From an uncultured Eubacteriales bacterium (GTDB lineage Bacteria > Bacillota > Clostridia > Oscillospirales > Acutalibacteraceae), in contig CAZURV010000009.1 in assembly GCA_964623515.1 (NCBI GenBank), positions 909-64,908 on the forward strand: a stretch of 64,000 nt of DNA, read 5' to 3'. Below, piece after piece: positions 9,312 through 18,813 of this stretch. Positions within the stretch are counted from its first letter, which is position 1, and each line of letters begins with the position of its first letter. The notes below the pieces were generated by a model. The model saw only the letters and a program-made list of their open reading frames with translations, had not been told where the DNA came from and ran no database searches. The translations under genes and the position numbers were made by a program.

Positions 9312-10598
9312 ATGAAAGAAGTAACTGTTGTAGGCGCGGGCTTTGCAGGCTGTGAAGCGGCTTGGTATCTTGCAAATCATAAAGTAAATGTAAAGCTGAT
9401 TGATATGAAACCGGATTCTTTCAGTCCGGCGCATAAAAACCCGAATTTTTGCGAACTCGTGTGTTCAAATTCATTTAAGGCACAACGAATCGAATCAGCC
9501 GCGGGACTTTTAAAAGAGGAAATGCGCAGATTAGGTTCCTTGTGCATAAGCTCTGCGAAAGCGTGTTCCGTTTCCGCAGGAGGAGCGCTTGCGGTGGATC
9601 GTGATAAATTTTCCGCTGAAGTAACGCAAAGAATTAAAAATCATCCTTATATAACCGTTGTAAGCAAAAAGGTACGCGATTTTCCGGACGGAAACGTTAT
9701 TGTTGCCACAGGACCTCTTACCGATTCAGCGTTTGCAAGCAAAATATTTGAAAAATGTGGAGACGCTCTGTCGTTTTACGATGCAGCGGCACCGATTATA
9801 ACGGCTGAAAGTATTGATATGGATTATGCTTTTTGTCAATCGAGATATGACAGGGGCAGTAAAGACGATTATATTAACTGCCCTTTGACTCAAGAAGAAT
9901 ATGAAGCTTTTCAAACACAGCTTGTAACTGCGGAAAGCGCAATCGTGCATGAATTTGACGTGTATGAGGGATGCATGCCTGTTGAAAAGCTTGCAAAGCG
10001 CGGAAGGGACGCGATTCGTTTTGGTCCTATGAAACCTGTCGGACTTATAGATCCCAAAACAAACCGCCGTCCGTGGGCGGTTCTTCAACTCAGAAAAGAA
10101 AATGCGGCAGGTACAATGTATAATTTGGTCGGTTTTCAGACCAACCTGAAATTCGGTGAGCAGAAACGGGTGTTTTCCATGATTCCCGCGCTTCACAAAT
10201 CTGAATTTGTCCGTTACGGTGTTATGCACAGAAATACGTTTTTAAATGCACCAAAAGTTCTGACCCCTTTTCTGAACCTTAAAAATGAGCCGCGCATATT
10301 TTTTGCAGGTCAAATAACGGGCGTCGAGGGATATATGGAATCGGCGTCAAGCGGAATACTTGCAGGGATAAATATGTTAAAGCGTTTAAATTCGGAAGAC
10401 GGCGTTTTGTTCCCGGAAACAACGATGATTGGCGCGCTTACGAGATATATAACAGATAAAAATATTAAGAATTTTCAGCCGATGGGCGCAAATTTCGGTA
10501 TTTTGCCTCCGCTTCCGGGAAAAATACGCGATAAAAAAGAGCGTTATGCAAAAATCAGCGAAAGAGCGCTGAAAAGCTTTGAAGCATATTCATTTTAA
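9312..10598 (+). CDS. trmFO: Methylenetetrahydrofolate--tRNA-(uracil-5-)-methyltransferase TrmFO (Gid)
   Basis: FAD-binding N-terminus VVGAGFAGCEAAW, 428 aa, and the conserved topA-trmFO neighbourhood of Firmicutes. Confidence 0.92.
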   Translation: MKEVTVVGAGFAGCEAAWYLANHKVNVKLIDMKPDSFSPAHKNPNFCELVCSNSFKAQRIESAAGLLKEEMRRLGSLCISSAKACSVSAGGALAVDRDKFSAEVTQRIKNHPYITVVSKKVRDFPDGNVIVATGPLTDSAFASKIFEKCGDALSFYDAAAPIITAESIDMDYAFCQSRYDRGSKDDYINCPLTQEEYEAFQTQLVTAESAIVHEFDVYEGCMPVEKLAKRGRDAIRFGPMKPVGLIDPKTNRRPWAVLQLRKENAAGTMYNLVGFQTNLKFGEQKRVFSMIPALHKSEFVRYGVMHRNTFLNAPKVLTPFLNLKNEPRIFFAGQITGVEGYMESASSGILAGINMLKRLNSEDGVLFPETTMIGALTRYITDKNIKNFQPMGANFGILPPLPGKIRDKKERYAKISERALKSFEAYSF

Positions 10599-10697
10599 TG
10601 GATGTACAGGAAGTATGTTCCTGTTGTGCGGTTGGTGCGTTGTTAAATAGTGTATTTTCGTAATAACGCAATAAGGTAAAAAAGTTACCTGCATATA

Positions 10698-10726
10698 TTG
10701 ACTAAATCTCTTAAAAATATTATTAT
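10698..10726 (+). promoter_or_regulatory. Sigma-A type promoter upstream of the ACP-like/rnc/smc/ftsY cluster
   Basis: TTGACT (10698-10703), 17-nt spacer, TATTAT (10721-10726). The leader holds a terminator-like hairpin ACGGAAA/TTTCCGT (10759-10791) followed by a short T-run. Confidence 0.5.
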
Positions 10727-10829
10727 ATAAATATCTGTAAATAAAAATAAATTTAGATACGGAAACACCGTTTGCGTGCGGAGTTTTCCGTTTTCGGATT
10801 AACGGTGATAAACTTCGGAGGGGCAAGCA

Positions 10830-11057
10830 ATGGTATTTGAAGCAGTTGCCGAATATATATCAGACCATTTTGATATAGATAAAGAGGATATTTCCAACGA
10901 AACAACATTTGAAGAACTTTGCGCTGAGGAGGAAGATATCATTGACATGGCTTTTGAACTCAGCAGAAAATTTAATATTATAATCGAGGAAGATGATGTG
11001 TTCAGGTTCAGTGATGTCGGCGGACTGGTTGAACTTGTGAATTCCCTAATGGAGTAA
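10830..11057 (+). CDS. Acyl carrier protein-like four-helix protein lacking the phosphopantetheine serine
   Basis: 75 aa, acidic, sitting in the acpP position upstream of rnc. It aligns to ACP around helix II, but DSL is replaced by EEE (Glu34, codon 10929-10931). Confidence 0.7.
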   Translation: MVFEAVAEYISDHFDIDKEDISNETTFEELCAEEEDIIDMAFELSRKFNIIIEEDDVFRFSDVGGLVELVNSLME

Positions 11058-11060
11058 AAA

Positions 11061-11729
11061 ATGCAGAAACTTGAGGAAAAGATTGGATATACATTCAAGA
11101 ATAAGGAACTTTTGAAAACAGCTCTCACCCATTCTTCCTATGCGAATGAAAAAAACGGTGAAAAATATAATGAACGGCTTGAATTCCTTGGGGATTCGGT
11201 GCTGGGCATCATTACCGCCGAGTATCTGTTCATCAATCATAAAGATTTTCCGGAGGGAGAACTGACAAAGATAAGAGCGGCTCTTGTTTGCGAAAAAGCG
11301 CTTTACGGTTTTGCCGGTGAAATTGAGCTGGGTTCATATCTTCGCCTCGGAAAAGGCGAAATAAGAACCGGAGGCAGCGAACGTCCGTCTATTTTGGCGG
11401 ATGCGTTTGAGGCGCTCATAGCTGCAATTTATCTGGACGGCGGAATGCAGGCGGCCAAAAAATTCGTACTCGGCTTTATCACAAAGGCGCAGGGCAGGGC
11501 GATGCGCGTGAATGAGGATTATAAAACAAAACTTCAGGAAGTGATTCAGAAAAACCCGGGGGAAACGTTGGAATACTGCGTTACAGGTGAAAGCGGACCC
11601 GATCACGACAAAAGATTTGAGGTTGAGGTTCATCTGAATTCAAACGTTATAGGTCGCGGAGAAGGCAGAAGCAAAAAACAGGCGGAGCAGGCGGCGGCGC
11701 ATGAAGTACTGAAAATGATGGGCTTGTAA
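11061..11729 (+). CDS. rnc: Ribonuclease III
   Basis: Signature ERLEFLGDSVL and a C-terminal dsRBD (GEGRSKKQAEQAAA). Confidence 0.97.
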   Translation: MQKLEEKIGYTFKNKELLKTALTHSSYANEKNGEKYNERLEFLGDSVLGIITAEYLFINHKDFPEGELTKIRAALVCEKALYGFAGEIELGSYLRLGKGEIRTGGSERPSILADAFEALIAAIYLDGGMQAAKKFVLGFITKAQGRAMRVNEDYKTKLQEVIQKNPGETLEYCVTGESGPDHDKRFEVEVHLNSNVIGRGEGRSKKQAEQAAAHEVLKMMGL

Positions 11730-11731
11730 AT

Positions 11732-12715
11732 ATGGGAAATGTGTCTGTTTTTGTTGCGCACGAGGGCTGTCCGCAGATGTGTTCGTTCTGTAATCAGCAT
11801 ATCATTTCAGGGGCAAATGCGAGAGTGATGCGCACAGATATTGAAGCGGCGCTTGAAACTGCAATTTCATCGCTCGGAGAAAAAACGCACAGCACGCAGA
11901 TTGCGTTTTTCGGCGGCAGTTTTACTGCTGTTGAAAGAGATTATATGATTTATCTGCTTGAGTCAACCGTTCCGTATATATCAAAATTTAACGGTATCAG
12001 AATTTCAACCAGACCTGACGCGATAGATGATGAAGTATTGTCTGTTTTGAGAAAGTACTGCGTTAAATCAATCGAGCTTGGTGCGCAGAGTATGGACGAT
12101 GAGGTACTTCGTCTCAACCGCAGGGGTCATACGGCTGAGCATGTAAAAAAAGCGTCGGCGCTGATAAAAAAATACGGCTTTGAACTGGGACTTCAAATGA
12201 TGACGGGTCTTTACGGTGATACAAATGAAAAGGCTTTGCAGACGGCTGAAACACTTGCGCTCCTCGAACCTGAAACGGTGCGTATCTATCCAACCGTTGT
12301 GCTGGAGGGCACAGAACTTGACAGATTGTATAAAAGCGGAGAATATATTCCGCAAACTCTTGATGAGGCCGTGGATTTATGCGTGAAATTGATTCCCATA
12401 TTTGAAAACAGAGGAATAAAAATAATCCGTATGGGACTTCACGACAGTGCAGACATTAAAGGCAGACGAACCGCAGGAGCCTATCATCCCGCTTTCAGGG
12501 AACTGTGCCTTGGCCAACTGTATTTGAACAAGGCTCTGGCACTTCTGAAAAATACCCCGCGCGGAGATATTAAAATATATGTAAACGGAAAAAACGTGTC
12601 TCAGATGACGGGACATAAAAAAATAAATATTTTAAAACTCAATGAGATGGGTTACCGTGCAAAGGTCTTTGCGGATAACTCTTTGGATAATTACGATATA
12701 AGGATAACCGTGTAA
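11732..12715 (+). CDS. Radical SAM protein, ELP3-like catalytic domain only
   Basis: CPQMCSFC (CxxxCxxC) cluster motif near the N-terminus and a TIM-barrel-like 327-aa body; no GNAT domain. Sits in the conserved slot between rnc and smc. Confidence 0.8.
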   Translation: MGNVSVFVAHEGCPQMCSFCNQHIISGANARVMRTDIEAALETAISSLGEKTHSTQIAFFGGSFTAVERDYMIYLLESTVPYISKFNGIRISTRPDAIDDEVLSVLRKYCVKSIELGAQSMDDEVLRLNRRGHTAEHVKKASALIKKYGFELGLQMMTGLYGDTNEKALQTAETLALLEPETVRIYPTVVLEGTELDRLYKSGEYIPQTLDEAVDLCVKLIPIFENRGIKIIRMGLHDSADIKGRRTAGAYHPAFRELCLGQLYLNKALALLKNTPRGDIKIYVNGKNVSQMTGHKKINILKLNEMGYRAKVFADNSLDNYDIRITV

Positions 12716-15700
12716 TGTTTTTAAAATCTATTGAATTGCAGGGATTCAAATCATTCCCTGATAAAACACAGTTGAATTTTCACCAAGGTATAACTGCCGT
12801 TGTAGGTCCGAACGGTAGCGGAAAATCCAATGTTTCGGACGCTGTAAGGTGGGTGCTTGGCGAGCAGAGTACCAAAACATTGCGCGGTTCTAAAATGGAA
12901 GACGTTATTTTCAGTGGAACGGCAAACCGGAAGGCAAAAGGGTTTGCACAAGTAACGCTGGTGCTGGACAATTCCGACCGCCAGATTGATTTTGATAATG
13001 ATGAAGTTTCGGTCACTCGTCGTTATTACCGTTCAGGGGAGAGCGAATATTTGCTAGGCGGAGCAACCGTAAGGCTGAAAGACATACATGAGCTTTTTAT
13101 GGATACTGGACTCGGCAGAGACGGTTATTCCATTATTTCGCAGGGGAAAATTGCCGACATCATTTCATCTAAAAGTGAAGACAGACGTGAAATATTTGAA
13201 GAAGCAGCGGGAATCAGCAAATATCGTTACCGCCGGAAAGATGCACAGAAAAAGTTAACGCAGGCCGAGGAAAATATGGTGCGCTTGCTCGATATACTTT
13301 CAGAACTTGAAGGCCGTGTGGAACCTCTTAGAACGCAGAGCGAAAAAGCTGAAAAATTCCTTAAGCTTGCAGATGAAAAAAGAGAGCTTGAAATAGGATT
13401 ATGGCTCGATTTAATTTCAAAAAGCAATGATAAGCTCCGCGAACAGGAAAAGAAAATAGCACTTGCGTCAGCTGATTATGAGGAATGCGAAAAAGCGATA
13501 GATGCGATTGAAAAAGAAAACGAGGAAATTTATAATTCTTCCTCCCAGTCAAATCTTATGCTTGAAGCCATCCGCAGGGATATATCTTCCTTTGAAGAAG
13601 AGGCTGTCCGCAAGGACGGCGCTGTAGGTCTGCTGGAGCAGGAAATATTACATAACGATGAAACCATCCGCAGAATAAAAGAAGAAGCTTCAAAAGCGGA
13701 TGAAAACGAAGAATCTATCAATCAGCAAATCAATGAAAAAAATCTGATTATAGAACAACTCAAAGATAAAATAGAGGAAAAAAGGCAGGAGCTGGAAGTT
13801 CAGAGCAGAAATATGCAGAGTCTGATGAATGAAAATGCCGCTTCCACGCAGAAGATTGCCGAGCATACAACCAAGATAAGCAAGCTCAGCCTTGAGCTTT
13901 CGGATAGGAAGGTTGAAAAGTCAACTGCTTTGAGCAGTGCTGATGAAATCCGTTCACGTTCGCTGAATATAGACGGACTGCTTGAGGCACGCAGAGATTC
14001 ACTCCGGCATATAGGACAAGAGAAAAAAGAGTGCGAACAGCAGTTGGAAGAATACCGAGAGAATGTGAAAAGTCTCGAAAATACGCTCGAGGGATACCGC
14101 TTGCGTATGATTTCAAAAAAAGAAAAGGCGCTTAAGCTCAAATCGGAATGCGATAAACTGAATGAGGAGTCGTACAGAAAAACGCAGAAGCTTGCGATGC
14201 TTGAGGATCTCCAAAAAAATATGGAGGGATATTCCGAAGCAGTAAAAAGTGTTTTGCGCGAAGGCAGAAGGAAGGCGCTCGGAGGGATACGCGGAGCGCT
14301 TGCAGATCTTATAAAAGTTAACGCAAAATTTTCTGTTGCGGTTGAAACGGCTCTCGGAAACGCTGTTCAGAATGTTGTTACGGAAAATGAAAACGATGCG
14401 AAAAGGGCAATTCATTATTTAAAAAAGAATAATCTTGGCAGAGTAACGTTTCTTCCCGTTTCGGCGGTTAAAAACAGAAAAATCCGCGAACAGGGGGTTG
14501 AAAAGGTTTCCGGTTTTGCCGGATTTGCGGCTGATGTTGTGGAATGCGCTGCCGAATACAAGAATATAATAGGCAGTCTGCTCGGTACAACCGTTATTTC
14601 CGAGGATATGGACAGCGCAATAGCGATTGCGAAAAAATACGGATATTCTTTTCGTGTTGTAACGCTTGACGGTCAGGTTGTCAATGCCGGCGGTTCTATG
14701 ACAGGTGGTTCAAAAGCGAAAAACGTAGGCGTGTTAAGCCGTGCCGGCGAGATAGAATCGCTTAAAAAAGAAGCGGAGAAAATGAAAGCCGCCGCCGATA
14801 AGGCATATGCCGAATCAAAGGAAGCTTCAGAGGCGCTTGCCGCGGCAGAAGCCGAAACGGATGCGGTAAAAGCCGATATCATTTCCGGCGGAGAGGATAT
14901 TATCCGTCAGCAGGGCGAATTGAATCTTGTGTCGGAGCAGTACAATTCCGTTAAGCAGTCGGTGGAAGAGCTTGAAAAAGAAAAAGCAGGCGCCGGCGAA
15001 AGAATAAACGCTTTAACAAAGCAGGCTGAACAGGCAGATGTAAAAATCCGCGGAATAGAAGCGGAGGTCGCAAAGTGTGAAAAAGCCCTTGAGGCCGTGA
15101 ATGTTGATAAAGAGGAAATTTCAAGGCGCAGGGACGCCCTGAATGAAGCCGCTTCAGCTGTAAATATTGAGATAGTCGAAGCACAGAAAGATATAAGCGC
15201 ACAGCGCGATTATATACAGTCGCTCACACTTCAAAAACTTACACAGGCGGAGCGCGCGGGAAAGATAAGTGACGAGATTGCACAGATAAATCTCAAAAGT
15301 GAAAAATGCCGCGGGGACATTAAACTGATAAAGGAGCAGGCAGCTGGACTGCGCAAAAAGGCAGAAGAAGCAAAGGCGGAAGCCGAGAGAATAATTACCG
15401 TTCGAACAGAGTATGAAAAGAGAAGCGCGGAGCTTCGCACGGCTGAAAAGGAAAAAACTTCCGAACGCGAAAAACTCAGCGGAGAATTGGCACGGCTGAG
15501 CGAACGTAAAATAAATATGCAGAATGAATATGAAAGCACTATCAACAAGCTTTATGATGAATATGAACTCACCAGAAGCGAGGCGGAAGCGCTCAACATA
15601 GTGATTGATAATATTCAGGAAGCGCACAGAACTTTAAACAGTATCAAAGCGCAGATTCGTTCGCTCGGAAACGTAAACGTCAGTGCGATTGAGGAATACC

Positions 15701-16281
15701 GCGAAGTAAAAGAACGCTATGATTTTCTTAAGATTCAGCTTGATGATGTTGAAAAGAGTCAGAGAGAACTGAATAAGCTGATTAAAGAACTGACCAATAA
15801 AATGAGCGCACGCTTTAAAGAATCCTTTGAAAAGGTAAATTCGGAATTCGGAAAAACAATGAAGGAATTTTTTGACGGCGGCAAAGCAGAACTTCAGCTT
15901 GAAAATGAAGACGATATTCTCGAATGCGGAATTGAAATTAAGGTTCAGCCCCCGGGTAAAAACGTACAGAATATCGCGTTGCTTTCCGGAGGGGAAAAAT
16001 CTCTTGCTGCCGTTGCTCTTCTGTTTGCTATTCTTAAAGTAACGCCTGCTCCGTTCTGTATTTATGACGAAGTGGAAGCGGCTCTTGATGATGTGAACGT
16101 CGATAAATACGCAAAATATATGCGCAAAATGTGCGGAGCAATCCAGTTTATTGCGATAACCCACCGCAGAGGAACTATGGAGGAAGCCGATGTACTTTAC
16201 GGAGTTACGATGCAGGAAAAAGGCGTTTCCAAGCTCCTTGAATTAAAAACTGCCGAAATGGCGGAGAAATTAGGTATATAA
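12715..16281 (+). CDS. smc: Chromosome partition protein Smc
   Basis: 1188 aa with Walker A GPNGSGKSN, long coiled coils, a hinge, the C-terminal signature LSGGEKSLAAVALLFA and Walker B CIYDEVEAALD. Confidence 0.97.
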   Translation: MFLKSIELQGFKSFPDKTQLNFHQGITAVVGPNGSGKSNVSDAVRWVLGEQSTKTLRGSKMEDVIFSGTANRKAKGFAQVTLVLDNSDRQIDFDNDEVSVTRRYYRSGESEYLLGGATVRLKDIHELFMDTGLGRDGYSIISQGKIADIISSKSEDRREIFEEAAGISKYRYRRKDAQKKLTQAEENMVRLLDILSELEGRVEPLRTQSEKAEKFLKLADEKRELEIGLWLDLISKSNDKLREQEKKIALASADYEECEKAIDAIEKENEEIYNSSSQSNLMLEAIRRDISSFEEEAVRKDGAVGLLEQEILHNDETIRRIKEEASKADENEESINQQINEKNLIIEQLKDKIEEKRQELEVQSRNMQSLMNENAASTQKIAEHTTKISKLSLELSDRKVEKSTALSSADEIRSRSLNIDGLLEARRDSLRHIGQEKKECEQQLEEYRENVKSLENTLEGYRLRMISKKEKALKLKSECDKLNEESYRKTQKLAMLEDLQKNMEGYSEAVKSVLREGRRKALGGIRGALADLIKVNAKFSVAVETALGNAVQNVVTENENDAKRAIHYLKKNNLGRVTFLPVSAVKNRKIREQGVEKVSGFAGFAADVVECAAEYKNIIGSLLGTTVISEDMDSAIAIAKKYGYSFRVVTLDGQVVNAGGSMTGGSKAKNVGVLSRAGEIESLKKEAEKMKAAADKAYAESKEASEALAAAEAETDAVKADIISGGEDIIRQQGELNLVSEQYNSVKQSVEELEKEKAGAGERINALTKQAEQADVKIRGIEAEVAKCEKALEAVNVDKEEISRRRDALNEAASAVNIEIVEAQKDISAQRDYIQSLTLQKLTQAERAGKISDEIAQINLKSEKCRGDIKLIKEQAAGLRKKAEEAKAEAERIITVRTEYEKRSAELRTAEKEKTSEREKLSGELARLSERKINMQNEYESTINKLYDEYELTRSEAEALNIVIDNIQEAHRTLNSIKAQIRSLGNVNVSAIEEYREVKERYDFLKIQLDDVEKSQRELNKLIKELTNKMSARFKESFEKVNSEFGKTMKEFFDGGKAELQLENEDDILECGIEIKVQPPGKNVQNIALLSGGEKSLAAVALLFAILKVTPAPFCIYDEVEAALDDVNVDKYAKYMRKMCGAIQFIAITHRRGTMEEADVLYGVTMQEKGVSKLLELKTAEMAEKLGI

Positions 16282-17915
16282 TGGGTATATTTTCAAAGAT
16301 AAACGAAGGTCTTAAGAAAACGCGGGACAATATGTCCGGTGCAATAGATTCAATGCTCAAAGGATTTAAAAATGTTGATGAAGAGTTGTTTGAAGAACTT
16401 GAAGAAATCCTTATTATGAGCGACGTAGGCGTGCCGACAACGCAGAGAATTATTGAAGAACTGCGCGCAAGAGTCAAAGCGGATAAGATAAAGGAAACAT
16501 CGCAGGTTAAAGAAGAAATCAAGGATATTGTGGAAAGTATGATTTCTGGCGGTGAAGAGATGCACCTGTCTACCAAGCCTTCCGTTATTCTTATGATCGG
16601 CGTAAACGGCGTAGGCAAAACAACAACAATCGGGAAGCTTGCGATGCGATATAAAAGCGAGGGCAAGAAAGTTATTCTCGGCGCTGCTGACACTTTCCGT
16701 GCGGCGGCTATCGAACAGCTTGAGGTATGGGCAGAGCGCGCCGGAGTGGATATGATTAAGCACGGCGAAGGCGCAGATCCTGCGGCTGTTGTTTTTGATA
16801 CGATTGCGGCCGGCAAATCAAGAGGAGCAGATATTATTATATGCGACACTGCGGGCAGACTTCATAACAAAAAGAATCTTATGGATGAACTGAATAAGAT
16901 TTACAGGATTATAAACAGGGAGCTTCCGGAATCGGATAAGGAAATTCTGCTGGTGCTTGATGCCGCAACGGGGCAGAACGCCGTCAATCAGGCGGCTCAG
17001 TTCAGAGAGGCGGCAGGAATCACAGGTATTGTGCTTACGAAGCTTGACGGTACCGCAAAAGGCGGCGTTGTGATTGCAATTCGGGAAAATCTTCGTATCC
17101 CCGTTAAATATATAGGTATAGGCGAGGGTATCGATGATTTGCAGACGTTTGATCCCCACAGCTACGTTCAGGCTTTGTTTGTGGGTGAAAATGATTCGGA
17201 TGAAGGAAACGAAAAACACAGCACGGAGACTCCAGAATACGAAGCTGCAACCGTCAGAGAAGATTTATCCGATAACGAGATACAGGCAGAAGAAAATGCA
17301 GACGCAGGGGAAAAAACAGAGAAACAGCCGTTAAAATTTGTTCTTGCGAGCCATAATGCAAAAAAACTTGAGGAAATGGCAAGAATACTGAATCCAATGG
17401 GTATTGACATTTTAACTGCGGAAGACATGGGATTTACGGATGAACCGGAGGAAACCGGGTCAACATTTGAAGAAAATGCGCAGATAAAAGCAAAAGCAGT
17501 TTGTGAAGCTTTGTCCATGCCGACGATTGCTGATGACAGCGGACTGTGCGTTGACGCGCTCGGCGGGGCTCCCGGAATTTATTCGGCGCGGTATTCCGGT
17601 GGGGACGACACAGATAATAATGATAAACTGCTCGAAGAAATGCAGGATGTTCCTAAAAAAGAACGCACGGCGAGATACGTCTGCGCCGTTTGTCTTGCGT
17701 TTCCGGACGGCCGCACGCTTACAGTGCGCGGAGAGTGTTTAGGTACAATCGGATACAAGTGCAAAGGGTTAAACGGTTTCGGATATGATCCGCTTTTTTG
17801 CGTAGGTCACAAAACAATGGCACAGCTTTCTGATACAAAGAAAGATAAAATATCACACAGAGGTAGCGCGCTTAAAAAATTAGCAGAGGAGCTGCCGGAA
17901 TATTTGGAGAGATAA
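16281..17915 (+). CDS. ftsY: Fusion ORF: signal recognition particle receptor FtsY (aa 1-300), acidic linker, RdgB/Ham1 dITP/XTP pyrophosphatase (aa 351-544)
   Basis: FtsY NG domain (GVNGVGKTTTIGKLA, DTAGR, TKLDGTAKGG) runs in frame through a 50-aa D/E-rich linker (17181-17330) into an RdgB domain (FVLASHNAKKLEE, ADDSGLCVDALGGAPGIYSARY, FGYDPLF, SHRG). No stop codon and no ATG/GTG/TTG lies at the junction. Confidence 0.8.
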   Translation: MGIFSKINEGLKKTRDNMSGAIDSMLKGFKNVDEELFEELEEILIMSDVGVPTTQRIIEELRARVKADKIKETSQVKEEIKDIVESMISGGEEMHLSTKPSVILMIGVNGVGKTTTIGKLAMRYKSEGKKVILGAADTFRAAAIEQLEVWAERAGVDMIKHGEGADPAAVVFDTIAAGKSRGADIIICDTAGRLHNKKNLMDELNKIYRIINRELPESDKEILLVLDAATGQNAVNQAAQFREAAGITGIVLTKLDGTAKGGVVIAIRENLRIPVKYIGIGEGIDDLQTFDPHSYVQALFVGENDSDEGNEKHSTETPEYEAATVREDLSDNEIQAEENADAGEKTEKQPLKFVLASHNAKKLEEMARILNPMGIDILTAEDMGFTDEPEETGSTFEENAQIKAKAVCEALSMPTIADDSGLCVDALGGAPGIYSARYSGGDDTDNNDKLLEEMQDVPKKERTARYVCAVCLAFPDGRTLTVRGECLGTIGYKCKGLNGFGYDPLFCVGHKTMAQLSDTKKDKISHRGSALKKLAEELPEYLER

Positions 17916-18212
17916 ATGAAAAGTAAGGAAAGAGCTGTATGGCGCAGCAAGGCAAATACGCTTGAACCTCTTTTTCAAGTGGGAAAAGGCGGTATAAACG
18001 ATGCGCTTATCGCACAGACTGATGATGCGTTAAGGGCAAGAGAGCTTATAAAACTTCGCGTGCTTCTTGAAACAAGCCCGGAAAAGCCAAAGGATATTGC
18101 GCAAAAGCTAGCCACGGCTACCGGCAGTGACGTGATTCAGGTTGTCGGCGGAAGCATGGTGTTTTATCGATTCAATCCGGAGCTTCATAAAAATGAAAAC
18201 AAGCACAGATAA
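17916..18212 (+). CDS. yhbY: YhbY-family (CRM domain) ribosome assembly RNA-binding protein
   Basis: 98 aa with LEPLFQVGKGGINDALIAQTDDALRARELIKL, the typical CRS1/YhbY pattern, sitting upstream of nadD. Confidence 0.88.
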   Translation: MKSKERAVWRSKANTLEPLFQVGKGGINDALIAQTDDALRARELIKLRVLLETSPEKPKDIAQKLATATGSDVIQVVGGSMVFYRFNPELHKNENKHR

Positions 18213-18813
18213 AATAGGAATTTTCGGAGGTACGTTCAATCCTGTACATAACGGACATATAAGGCTTCTTAATTCTTTGGCCCGGGAATGCAGATTTGAT
18301 AGGATAATTGTGATTCCCACTGCATTGCCGCCGCATAAGCAAGTGTCCCATCTTGCTTCCGGAGAACAGCGGATGAAAATGTGTTCGCTCGCCTTTGAAG
18401 ATTTTAGAGGAATCGAAATCAGCGATTATGAAATAAAAAAGGGCGGTAAAAGCTATACTTTTGAAACTTTGGCGCATTTTAAAACCGTTTATCCGAATTC
18501 AGCGCTTTATTTTATCATGGGAACGGATATGTTTCTGTCGTTCGGAGAATGGCGGGAACCGCAGAAAATTCTGGAAAATGCGATTTTGCTCTGCGGTGCA
18601 AGAGACAACAGCGTTTCTTTTGAAGAGATTGATTATTACGCGCACAAAAAGCTCGGTCTGAATGAAAAACAGTACAAAATCTGTTTTGCGGAGCCGTTTG
18701 AAATTTCTTCAAGCGAACTCAGAGCAAAACTTGTTGCGGGTGAAGATATCAGTATGTATGTGCCGAAAAAAGTTTTGCAGTATATATATTCGGAGAAACT
18801 GTATGTTAAATGA
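18193..18813 (+). CDS. nadD: Nicotinate-nucleotide adenylyltransferase
   Basis: The internal ATG at 18193 gives MKTSTDKIGIFGGTFNPVHNGH, containing the (H/T)xGH motif. It overlaps the yhbY end by 20 nt. Confidence 0.92.
   Translation: MKTSTDKIGIFGGTFNPVHNGHIRLLNSLARECRFDRIIVIPTALPPHKQVSHLASGEQRMKMCSLAFEDFRGIEISDYEIKKGGKSYTFETLAHFKTVYPNSALYFIMGTDMFLSFGEWREPQKILENAILLCGARDNSVSFEEIDYYAHKKLGLNEKQYKICFAEPFEISSSELRAKLVAGEDISMYVPKKVLQYIYSEKLYVK

Noticed and set aside
12751-16849. Many long minus-strand ORFs inside smc and ftsY (e.g. 15154..15627, 15634..16164, 16205..16849, 13800..14141).
   Set aside because: These are shadow ORFs antisense to clearly conserved genes. Their products are low-complexity, Ser/Phe/Leu-rich translations typical of the reverse frame of K/E-rich coiled-coil coding sequence.
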